Below, piece by piece: positions 36,600-48,027 of a stretch of DNA of 64,000 nucleotides (its first letter is position 1; every line of letters starts with the position of its first letter). The DNA lies in NCBI RefSeq assembly GCF_964213995.1, contig NC_135810.1, positions 56,730,001 through 56,794,000 of the forward strand, read 5' to 3'. The DNA is from Mustelus asterias. Taxonomy: Eukaryota. A model generated the notes under the pieces. The model did not search any database. It saw nothing but the letters and a program-made list of their open reading frames with translations, and was not told the DNA's origin. The translations under genes were made by a program, and so were the position numbers.

Positions 36600-37650
36600 C
36601 CGTAAAAACCATAACCCCATCAGCAGAATCGCATGCGTCTTAAAATATCCAAATTTTGTGTGTGTTATTCTTCCGAGCAATGTAACCTGTGCGCCCGAGA
36701 CCCTTGCGACCTCCGACTATCCAAGTGTTTTGCACCAACCATTAAAATCAAATCAAGTCATTCCAAGGACGGTGAAAGCAAGCGGGCGTGGAAAACCAAT
36801 CGTCTCCAGGAGCGGTCCTTAAAACTTTCGCGATAAAAATTAAAACTTATCACAGCTTTGCTGAGTGAAATGGATTTCTTACGGGGGGCAAATAGCCGTT
36901 TTCGAAGCTACCTCCTGCTCCCGAACACACTCTGCAGGATTTTAAACTTCATTGTGTATCGGGGTGGCCTTGCAAGAGTTCCTTCAAGTCCCCCGCCCCC
37001 TCCAATAGGCGAGTTTGGGGAAGAGGAAAGAAAAGGTTAGGGGGAGGGGGCTGGTTGTTGTTACTGCTGCACTCCCCCTTCCTCCCCCCCGCGCCTTTCT
37101 CTGCGGACCCTGAACTGCAGCAGCCCTCCAGCGATACGATAGTCGCCGTCCATCACAGCGACACACAAAGAGCTAGAGCCGCCGCCCCCCTCCCTCGCCC
37201 ACCAGAGCAGCCCCGCCCGCACCGTGCGTCTCCCTCTAACCGCCACTCACTCGCGCGCGACCTCACCTCAACCTCGGCTCGCGCAACAACCGCCGCTCTT
37301 TTCAAAAGGAGCTCGCGCTCAGCCCCGGGCTTCTCTATCCGACACACCGAGCACGGGGCTACACCGGGCAGGCGAGGGTCGGGGGTCTAGGGGGAGGTGG
37401 ACCAATGTGGCCAGGGGCGGGCAAGAGGCGGAGGCACATTTGCCAAAGGAGGAGAATGAGGACGCTTTGCATTTCGGAAGCTGCAGTTGTTCTGGTCCAG
37501 CTTTGCAGAGCCTCTGTTCATTGCGAGACTACAAATCCCAGAGGGTGCGCCTGGCGAAGAGAACCAACCATCCATTATGTCCAATTGTGCTTCACATTAT
37601 TTGAAGAGTCGGCTCCAAGGGTGGCTGGCAACGGACATTGAGCATATTTT
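36600..37650. promoter_or_regulatory. CpG island promoter, likely first exon of the NEXMIF-like gene; possibly bidirectional
   Basis: Very CpG-rich; minus-strand donor GAG|GTGAGG at 37267/37266; CCAAT boxes near 37002 and 37402; GC box GGGGCGGGC ~37414; ZNF143 motif GACTACAAATCCCAGA 37527-37542. Confidence 0.75.
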
Positions 37651-38029
37651 TCAATTGTTTCAGTTGACTGACATTAGAAATAAAAAGTACCACCTTCAAT
37701 AATTAACAAAATGCTCACATTCTGCCTGCAGTTTGAAGATCAAGAGTGCTTGAATAAAGAGCAGGAATGATAAAGAGCATCATTACAGGGATGCTGGAAA
37801 TTAGATTGGAAAATGCAGGAAACTCAGTAAGTCAAGACAGTATCTGTGGAGAAAGAGTTAACGTTTTAGGTCAATAACAGATAATCACAAGCGGCAGGAG
37901 GAGGGAAGGAAAGAACAAAAAGGAAAGTTTGTGACAGGATTCCACGATGCTTCATCTTTTCATTTTCCTGTCTTCAAAGGACCTTTCCGCTTGAAATAGC
38001 AATTTATCTCTACTTAGGACTTAAGCAGA

Positions 38030-38372
38030 AAGATCAAGGTTCACATTCGTGTGCAATACTGCACTCGGGTTGTTGCATTACTGGAATTGCCGCCTTTTGA
38101 ATGAGACAACATCGAAGTCCCTCCTACCCTCTCAGGTGGACATAAAGATTCCATGCAGTAGCTGGAAGAAGAACACAGGAGCTATCCGAAAATGACTGCA
38201 AAAAAGTTTATCTGATTATTAACACTTGTTTGTGGGTGCTTACTTTTTGCAAGTAGATCGCCTTGTTTCCTGCATTACAAAAAGTGACTGGACTTCAAAA
38301 AGTACTTTGTTAGCTGTAAAGCACTTGCAGACACCCAGTGACTATAAAATGTGCCATATAAATGCAATATTT
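38030..38372 (+). mobile_element. Deu-domain SINE (SacSINE1/AmnSINE1-like)
   Basis: Core CCTCTCAGGTGGACATAAAGATTCCATG...GAAGAAG and tail CTTCAAAAAGTAC...CTGTAAAGCACTT...ATATAAATGCAA. Confidence 0.75.
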
Positions 38373-38454
38373 CGCAGTTCAAAATGTGACCTGTGCATTG
38401 GGGAGACCAAACACAAAGTGGTTGACTCTTATTAGCCTTCTGAAATTGCCTAGC

Positions 38455-40190
38455 AAGCCACTCAGTTGTGTCTGACCGCTCCAGAAAAGTCTAATAATAG
38501 TGACCTGGGCACCTGGTATGAAAAAAGGTACACTGCATAATCGACCCTACAAAGTCTCCTCACGAATATTTGGAGGTGTGTGACAAAATTGGGAGAATTG
38601 TTCCATGGACGAGTTAAGACACGGTCTGACATACTCAAAGAATCATAACTTTCAGCCAACATCCTAGATTCTTCCATCACCATCCCGAGAGTATGTCCTG
38701 TGCCACTGATTGAAGACTGACCAGAGGTGGTGGGGAAGCAGAGCATTAAATGGGAAGGGACACTGGATCTCATGAAGTTTCATGGGCAAAGAAGCTTCCT
38801 GCTAATTACAAACTCCTGCCCAATCTTAACTGATGAATCAGTGGTCCTCAATGTTGAATACTATGTGGAAGAAGCATTAAATGTAGCAAGGTCACAGAAA
38901 GTGTGGGAGACTTCAATACCCATTACCAAGAGTGGATCAGCAGCATCATTACTGACCAAGATGGCTAAGTCCCATCTGCCAGCCTGAGCTTGTGGTGAGA
39001 GAACCAGCACAAGGGAGAAACCTACTTGACATCATCCTCACCATCCTTCCTGTTGCATCTGCCATGATAGTATTGGTTACTACTGCATAGTTGATTTGGA
39101 GACAACGTTCTGTTTTCACATTGAAAATACCCTTTATCATGTTATGTGGCACTGCCACTTTTCTAAATAGAATGGAGGTAAGTTGCATGGAGGCCAGCTC
39201 GACTTAGTACAGTCGCAACAGAGAACCGTGGGAATTTAATGAGTGAGGGAATTCAGTGCAGGAAGGATGGGGAACTGTTGTGGTCCTTTACAAGACAAGG
39301 AGTGGTCTGAGTGAGGGAGCAAGTGTTAGCAAGACCTGAAAGCTGAGGTCTGATGGCATTAATTAAGTGAGCAGGTAGGTTGGTTTTATAGTTTTTTCCC
39401 TCTAAAACTAGGGCAGTAATTTAAACTAGCACTGAGAAATATAAATACTGTATCAAACTTATAACGTAACTAAGTCAACTAATAACTACAAATAATCGCT
39501 GTGTGATCTTCAAAACTTGAAACCCCAGTTAGTTATATAAAATACAATTTGAGATGGAAGGGCAGGTGATATGTTGCAGCTATGGTATGGGAGCTGGCGG
39601 ACACCAATGTGATCCGCAACAACCACATCTGCACTAAGTGTCTTCAACTTGTGGAACTTTGACTCAGAGTTGATGAACTGAAGTCCACTGTCCTTACATT
39701 AAGTGCTTCAGATTTGGTAAGGGACAGGAGGGTGTGACCATGAGTGAGGCAGGTGTGGAGTTCCAGAAGGTAATACTGCTAGGGGAAGCAGGTTTTGCTG
39801 TCTACCCTATCTATGCTCCTCATAATTTTGTACACCTCAATTAAATTTTCCCTCAGCCTCCTTTGTTCTAAAGAAAACTAGCCTAACCAATCTTTCCTCA
39901 TAGCTGCAATTTTCAAGCCCTAGCAGCATTATTGTAAATTTCCTCTGTACTTTCTAATGTAACTAGAACTGTACACAAAATTCCAGCTGTGGCCTATCCA
40001 GCATTTTATACAGTTCCAGCATTACATCCCTGCAATTGTATTTAATATCTTGTCCAATAAAGGAAGCACTCCCTATCTTTCTTTATTGCCTTATCCATCT
40101 TCAGGGGCCTGTAGAAATGCACTCCAAGATCTCTCATTTCCTGTACTCCTCCCTGTATTCTACCAGGTACTGTGTATTCCCTAGCTTTAT
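38455..40190. mobile_element. Cluster of LINE fragments: APE-domain piece (+, 38.5-39.15 kb), CR1 5'/ORF1 piece (+, 39.2-39.8 kb), CR1 3' piece (-, 39.8-40.2 kb)
   Basis: SLLTNIW..VTKLGEL; ICTKCLQLVEL*LRVDEL (CR1 ORF1 zinc-finger/zipper); reverse CR1 tail motifs. Confidence 0.55.
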
Positions 40191-40770
40191 TACAATTTGG
40201 TTTAGTACCAGGTGGATCTCCTAAAGTAAAATGTTGGGACTGCTTGTGTTCTAACTTTGCATAATTAATGAGAATTCAGAACTCGATGCAGCGTAGAACT
40301 TTGTCATATGGGGATAATATAATTATAATTGTCTCTTTCTTGTGATTTTTTTAGAAAGTGGATGCAAAACTCAGTTCCCAGGGCTGTAAAATCTCACTTG
40401 AGAGGGCTGGAAATCTTGATACAAGTTGAATTTCAAATACTGAATCCTAAGAAATTGCTGCTGCTTTCTTCCTATTCACCTTGATATTCTGAGAGAGAAA
40501 AAAAATTAAAAAGAAGGAAAATGAAAACAATTCAAACCTGAACAAAAACAGCCTCCAGTTTTCAGTTTTATTGGAGGCAAGACAGGGTGATGTAGCTCCC
40601 CTACCAGATGCCAGGAAGTGGATCACTCATTTAAAAATTGTAATAAGGCTGTGGGCCTCAAATTTTATCTTTCTTCCAGGTTTAACATTGGCTGGCTAGG
40701 AGCCCTAGACCTCAGAAATACTTAAAGGAGAGTGAGGGCTGCTGCATGGAACAAGTAAATGTTTTTACAG

Positions 40771-43700
40771 CATAATGACTTCAACAACGTCCATGAACTT
40801 GGCCTCTTAGAGAATGAACTCTCTCATTGAGGCCATAATTGCCTGCCGAATCAGAGAGCCTCACCTGTATATAAATATGGGAGTGCCAGATCTACTGGCA
40901 CTCCGGATCATGACTTTGTACCTAAAGCGCCCTTCGGAGTGGGATTAAGTTTGTAAATAATGGGAATCTGGTGAAGTGACACTGGCTTCTGAGGAGTTAT
41001 TTCAGTGGTGATGAGGAAAAAGAACGACCCTCAGGAACTTGCTCGCTAACAGCTGGCTTTGCTTGGGAGTAAGCCATTTTTGGGCATTGTGCCTCTGTTT
41101 GGGAAACTGGACTTTTTTGACCCAGCTGTGGAGGACCGGGCCCAATATGTGGAACACATGTGTTACATTTTTGGGGCCAACCACATTGTGGCAGATGAAA
41201 AGCAAAGGGTCATTCTTCTGACCGCTTATGGACCATTGGCATCTGCCATTATTTGCAGCTTAACTTTCCAGATACCAAAATCTCCTAGAAACTGACGGAC
41301 CTACTGAGGGAATACGATGATCCGAAGCCACCTCTGATCCTGAGAAGGTACAAGTCTTACTCGGCACTCCAGGAGATGGGGAGTCTGTTACGGGTTTCCT
41401 AACAAGGTTGAGATGACTGGCGGAAGCATGTGATTTTGGGTTAACACTTAATGAGATGCTAAGAGACTGTTTGGTATGTGGGATAAATAATGTAACTATC
41501 CAAAAACACCTGTTGACTGAAGCCCAACTGTGCTTCAAGGAGGTGCTGCAGCTGGCCTTATTATTGGAAAATTCTGCAAGTGGGGCATATGAGTTGCGAG
41601 GTATCCCGATGGAAGTGGACACCCATGCCAGTTTGATGAGATCGGGGACCACCACTTGAGCACAGGTGATTACATAGCCTCCCTTAGGAAGTATCCAGAT
41701 ACAAGTAAACCACGTTGGCCCACAGCAAAGCCAAACTTTGCCCAGACAGTCAACGGTCCCTTCAGAATCCCACCAGGCAAGGCATTGTAACTGTTACCGG
41801 TATGCGGGATCGGATGAGCAAAGTAAGCTTCCAAGACCTAGATTTAGGAAAATGACAAGTAGGCCAGTGTCCTGGAGAGTGCACGCCCTGGAAGGTCCAT
41901 CGACATCCAATGTGGACCAATCAAATTGCATAGCAGTGTCCAAATCGGACCATAAGATTAAATGGATGTCCAGTGTCAATGGAGATTGATATAGACGCGG
42001 CCGTATCAGTGGTTAGTGAATCAGTGCTCAGTAGAATTTGCGCTGGACTTAAATCAAGATTTTGGCAAGACTGAACTTATACAGGGTAACCTCAGAGTTG
42101 TGGGTACAGCCTTTGTTCCTGTTTCTTACGAAAGTTAACTGGTTTGATCCTCATTAATGGGAGTGGATAGCTCGGGCCCAAGCCTAATGGGGTGAAACCA
42201 TTTGAAAGCAATCCACCTGGATTGAGTAAACATCTTCCAGTTAGAAAATGGTCGCTTGAGTGAAGTCCTGCTCAAACATCCGGAAGTTTAACAAAAAGGG
42301 CTAGGAACCATAAAAGGAGCCAAGGCGACTTTACATGTTGACCAAGACGCAGTCCTGCCATTTTGCAAGGCCAGCCCGGTACCATTTGCTTTAAGGGAAA
42401 AAATGGAAACAGAAATTAGAAGACTGGAATGAGAAGGTGTCGTAAAACCTATCCAGTTCATGGATTGGGCAGCACCAGTTGTGCCTACTTTAAAGCCAGA
42501 TGGCTCAGTTCATTTTTGCGGAGACTTTAAACAAACAATGGACCGTTCTTCACAGATGGACAAAAACCTGATTACCCGGATCGAGGATTTATATGCAAAG
42601 TTGACAGGGGGACTCTTATTCTCGAAATTAGATTTGAGTCCTGTTTATTTGCAGCTGGATGAGGATTCACAGAAATATTCTGCAGTCAGTGCTCTAAAGG
42701 GCCTCTATCAATATGCAAGGTTACCTTTTGAGGTATCGTCACCCTGCTTGATCTTCCAGAGAACAATGTTTCCATTGTTACAAGGTTTACCCCAGGTGGC
42801 CATTTATCTGGATGACATTCTCAGTACAGGTAAAACAAAGGCAGAACACTTACAAAACCTGGAGGAAGTTCTTAGTCATTTTTCAAGGGCTGGCATGCAT
42901 CTAAGAAGAGAGCAATGTGTACCTCAAGTGACCTATCTGGGCAATTAAGTGAACAAGTTGGGTTTGCATCCTTTGGAAGACTGAGTGCGGGCGATTATAG
43001 ACGCACCAGCTCCCACATTCGTTACGGTAGTTTCTAGGGCTGGTGATGGACTACAGAAAATTTATACCAAACCGGGCCTACATCTTGGTTCCACTACAAC
43101 TGCTAAAAAAGGGTCAAGCTTGGGACTGGTCCGCCCGTCAGGACCTGGCTTTTAAGAGAATAAAGCAACAGCTGTCATAGTCAAATGTCTTAGCACATTA
43201 CGATCCTAGAAAAGAGTTAATGCTAACCTGTGATGCATCTCCATACTGCATCGGGGCAGTATTAGCTCATAGATGACTAAATGGAGAGGAATGCCCAAGA
43301 GCATATGCCTCCAGGAACTTGGCCAAAGCAGAAGGAAAGTATTGCCAGATTAAAAAAGGAAGCAAAATACCGCGGATGCAGGAATCTGAAACAAAAACAG
43401 AAAATGCTGGAAAATCTCAGCAGGTCTGACAGCATCTGTGGAGAGAGAACAGAGCCAACGTTTCAAGTCAGGATGACCTTTTTTGGAGCATGGGATCCCG
43501 GATGTGCTGGTCTCTGACAATGGACCGGCTTTTGCCAACCAGGAGTTCACCCAGTTCATGAAGTCAAATGGGATTCGACAAAATCAGGATGGCACCATAC
43601 CATCCATCATTGAATGGCCTCGCGGAGAGAGCACTTTAAAAGCTGGTTTGAATAAACAGTCGGCAGCATCAATGGACACCTGTTGGTTTCTCAATTATAG

Positions 43701-44584
43701 AATAAGCTCCCCCCGCCAACCCCAACCCATACCACAATGGGAACAGTGTCCGTAGATATGCTCATGGACAGATGACTCTGCACCAGATTAAGTTTGCTCT
43801 TCCCAAGTCTGGAGAGGTGAGGGGAAGGTTCGTGAGCAACAAAAAGCCCAGCGCAATGGGCACGACAATTGCAGCCCGGAGAGACAATTGGAGGCTGGTG
43901 AAAAAGTTTGGGTAAAGAATTACACCAATGGTTCTGCATGGTTACCAGGAATAGTGGACTCTAGGATGGGGCCTGTATTCTACAAAATAGAAGTCGGTGA
44001 GGCCCTTAAGAGAAAAAACATCTGGACCTCAAAATCACTGTTCATCCTGGAACCAACTATGACCAGGGGGCCGTGAACCAAGGAGAGTCCTCCCAGACCG
44101 GCCAGCCCTGCCTCTCTGTGGCCTGTAGTTAGGATATCGGTGTCCGAGATGGACGAAGCCCCACCTACTCCTTGCCGCCTGAGGAAGGGAGCGAACCAGA
44201 ACTCCAGCACTCACGTCGTAAGGGACAGGAGCCTGTTAGATACGCCCCTCCCATGCCAAGTAGGAGGATCCAGACCCAGCACTGAAACATTGCAAGAGAC
44301 CCATGAGGCAAGTGAATTGCCGAGGTTCCTTGGACTTAGGGGGGAAGGGTGTAATTACTTCAACGAGGTCCAAGAGCTTGGCCTCTTGGCTTATGAGCTC
44401 CCTGATTGAGGCCATGATTGCCTGCCCAATCAGGGGACCTCACCTGTATTTAAATATGGGAGTGTCAGGTCTACTGGCACTCCGAATCCTGACTTTATAC
44501 CTGAAGCACTCTTCGGAGTGGGATTGAGTTTTTTAAATAAAAGGAATCTGGTGAAGCGACACCAGCCTCTGAGGAGTTATTTCA
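40771..44584 (+). mobile_element. Ty3/Gypsy LTR retrotransposon (Mag-like), degraded, both LTRs present
   Basis: LTRs 40771-41004 and 44350-44584; PBS-like TGGTGATGAGG; PPT AGGGGGGAAGGG; gag MLRDCLVCGI, RT WAAPVVP.LKPDG...CGDFK...YLDDIL, RNase H LTCDASPY, partial integrase VSDNGPAF. Confidence 0.92.
43352..43484 (-). mobile_element. Penelope terminal fragment located at an internal deletion of the Gypsy element
   Basis: AAAATACCGCGGATGCAGGAATCTGAAACAAAAACAGAAAATGCTGG matches 59250-59380; hammerhead 3' half only. Confidence 0.75.
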
Positions 44585-45679
44585 CACAATAATGCTTGTG
44601 GGCCAGGAGAAGCAGTAGTAATTTTTCCCCAGCTCATCAAACAAACCTATTTCCTACTCTACATGATCAGCGCCCCCAGAATCAATGGCCCTTGTCCATA
44701 TCTGCTCCAGTCTCTCTCCGACTCTCCACCACTTGTATATCCCTGACCCTACAAATACCCAACGTCCTAGACCAGGATCTCTCAATCACAAGGAACAAAA
44801 AGTCTACCTGTTCCTGGACTGTGTCTGCTTGTGAGTATTTCCTGTCCTATAGAGCACCAAGCTTGTTAATCAAACTGCATTACTGGGTAGTTGAACACAT
44901 TTATACATTTTAAACCTTTTGTTACTAATTTCTGTATCTTTGAGTGAAGTTTAGCAATAACATTATTTTTTTACTTGTTAACTTAAGGAACCTGGCTAGC
45001 TTCTTACACTAAGCTACACACAGTTATGTATATGTATTGAATTAGCAATAATATCACCTTTTTAATTTCAAACTCTTGTTATAATCAAGCCAAGAGTGGG
45101 ACAAAGATATGAGTCAGTTCACCCTTCCTAACCTTGTCAAAACAAATATTTGAGGGCTTGTTTGGATTTGAACCCATAAACAAAGGAGAGTAATTAGAAG
45201 TGGAAACTAAATTAATCCCTTAGCATAATCTAAACATTCAAATATAGTTCCTTGTGTACTAGAGTTAAATCATAACAACCAAAATGTATGCTTTTGAAGC
45301 TTTTAGAACAGTGTGAAGTAACTTGAAACAGTTTAAAGTCATTGTCCACTGACAGATTGAAAAGTGTGGCGAGGCAGTTGGTGATAGAATTTAGACTGGA
45401 AGCTTGGAAAGAATGCAAAAGCTGGCAGCTAACAATCTTGAAAATGAATTAGAAGAGCCAGAGATAAGTGTTTTGTTTTTATTCATTCGTGGGACATGGG
45501 TGTCGCTGGCTGGCCAGCATTTATTGCCCATGCCTAGTTGCCCTTGAGAAGGTGATGGTGAGCTGCTTCACTGCAGTCCACGTGTAGTGGGTTGACTCAC
45601 AATGCCATTAGAGATGGAATTCCAGGATTTTGACGCAGCAACTGCTGAGGAACGGCGATATATTTCCAAGTCAGAATGG

Positions 45680-48027
45680 TAAAAGTAGGGAAAATCCTAA
45701 GATATTCTGTAAGTATATCAATGGGAAGAGGATAATCAGGGAAAGAGTAGAGCCCATTGGGGACCAAGTGGGCAACGTATGGGTGGAGACAGAAGACATT
45801 GGTAGAGTGTTGAATGAATACTTCACATTCGTCTTCACCCAAGAGAATGAGGACAATGGTATGGAATTCAGGCAGAGAAACTGTGAGATTCTTGAGCAAA
45901 TTGACATAGGGAAGGACAAGGTATTGGCAGGCTTATAAGTGGACAAATCTCCAGGTCCAAATGAATTGTGCCCTAGGCTGCTGTGGGAGGCAAGAGAGGA
46001 AATTGCAGGGGCTCTGGCCCAAATTTTCAATTCCTCTCTGGCCACAGGGGAGGTGCCAGATGACTGGAGAACAGGTAATATGTTCCGTTATTTAAGAAGG
46101 GTTGTAGGGATAAACAAGGCAGACTGATTTATCTGAGATACTGGGGACCACTGGAGGAACTACAGACCAGTGAGTCTCACATCAGTGGTAGAGAAACCAT
46201 TAGAGAAACTTCTGAAGGAGAGCATCTATCTCCACTTGGAGAGACAAAGCTTGATCAGGGATAGTGAGCATGGCTTCGTCAGAGGGAGGTCATGCCTAAC
46301 AAATTTGATTGAATTTTTTGAGGAGGTGACCAGGTGTGTAGACGAGGGTTGTGCAGTTGATGTAGTTTATATGGATTTCAGCAAAGCCTTTGACAAGGTC
46401 CCACATGGGAGACTTGTAAAGAACGTAAATTCACGGGTACAGGGTAATTTGATAAAGTGGATTCAAAATTGGCTCAGTTGTAGGAGGCAGAGGGTGATGA
46501 CAGAGGCTGCTTTAGTGACTGGAAGCCAGTGTCCAATGGCATACCACAGGGATCTGTGTTAGGCCCCATATTATTCATCATTTATATAAATGACATTGAT
46601 GGCTATGTGGGGGGTAGGATTAATAGGTTTGCAGATGACACAAAGATTGGATGGGTGGTTAACAATGAGATGGACTGCTTTGGGCTACAAGGTGATATAG
46701 ACAAAATGGTCAAATTGGTAGGAAACTGGCGGATGGAATGTAACCCAGAAAAGCGTGAGGTGATACACTTTGGAAGGAGTAATTTGACAAGGAAGTATTC
46801 AGTAAATGGTAGGACACTCGGAATTTTTGTGGAACAAAGGGACCTTGGTGTGTTTGTCCACAGATCTTTAATGGCAGAAGGGCATGTTAGTAGGGTGGTG
46901 AAAAAGGCATATGGGACACTTGCTTTTATCAATCGAGGCATAGATTACAAAAGCAGGGAAGTCATGTTAGAGTTATATAGAACTTTGGTGAGGCCACAGC
47001 TAGAGTACTGTGTGCAGTTCTGATTGCCACATTATCGGAAGGATGTGATTGTACTGGAGGGGATGCAGAGGAGATTTATCCGGATGCTGTCTGGGATGGA
47101 ACATTTAAGTTACGAAGAGAGGTTGGATAGGCTTAGGTTGTTTTCGTTAGAGCAGAGAAGACTGAGGGGTGACCTGATCGAAGTGTTCAGGATTATGCGA
47201 GATATGGACAGAGTGGATAAGGAGCAGCTGTTCCGCTTAGTTGAAGCGTCAATCACGAGGGGACATAGGTTGAAGGTGAGGGGCAGGAGGTTTAGGGGGG
47301 ATGTGAGGAAAAACCTTTTTACCCAGAGGGTGGTGATGGCCTGGAATACACTGCCTGGGTGGGTGGTAGAGGCAGGTTGCCTCACATCCTTTAAGAAATC
47401 ATAGAAATCCTACAGTGCAGAAGGAGGCCATTCGGCCCATCGAGTCTGCACCGACCACAATCCCACCCAGGCCCTACCCCCACATATTTACCCGCTAATC
47501 CCTCTAACCTACACATCCCAGGACTCTAAGGGGCAATTTTTTTTTTTTAACCTGGCCAATCAACCTAACCCGCACATCTTTGGACTGTGGGAGGAAACCG
47601 GAGCACCCGGAGGAAACCCACGCAGACACGAGGAGAATGTGCAAACTCCACACAGACAGTGACCCGAGCCGGGAATCGAACCCGGGACCCTGGAGCTGTG
47701 AAGCAGCAGTGCTAACCACTGTGCTACCGTGCCGATTTGATTTGATTTGATTTATTATTATCACATGTATTAACAGTGAAAAGTATTGTTTCTTGTGCGC
47801 TATACAGACAAAACATACCATTCATAGAGAAGGAAACGAGAGTGCAGAATGTAGTGTTACAGTCATAGCTAGGAAGAAGTATCTGGATGAGCACTTGGCA
47901 CATCATAACATTCAGGGCCATGGGCCAAGTGCTGGCAGATGGGATTAGGTGGGAGTTCAGGTGTTTCTAATGTGTCGGTGCAGACTTGATGGGCAGAAGG
48001 GCCTCTTCTGCGCTGTATGATTCTATG
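45680..48027 (+). mobile_element. CR1 LINE (HER1-like) RT region to 3' tail
   Basis: DKSPGP, HGFVRGRSCLTNL, YMDFSKAFDKVPH, GIPQGSVLGP, FADDTK, LEYCVQF; tail TTCTGCGCTGTATGATTCTATGA. Confidence 0.93.
47398..47873 (-). mobile_element. Composite insert: Rex1 3' end (47735-47873) fused to a full HE1 SINE (47398-47734)
   Basis: Rex1 tail (AAATC)n directly abuts the SINE head; AAGAA at 47393-47397 and 47874-47878 flanks the whole unit. Confidence 0.85.

Noticed and set aside
37055-37641. ORFs in the CpG island
   Set aside because: GC-rich, stop-poor sequence gives ORFs on both strands with no recognisable domains
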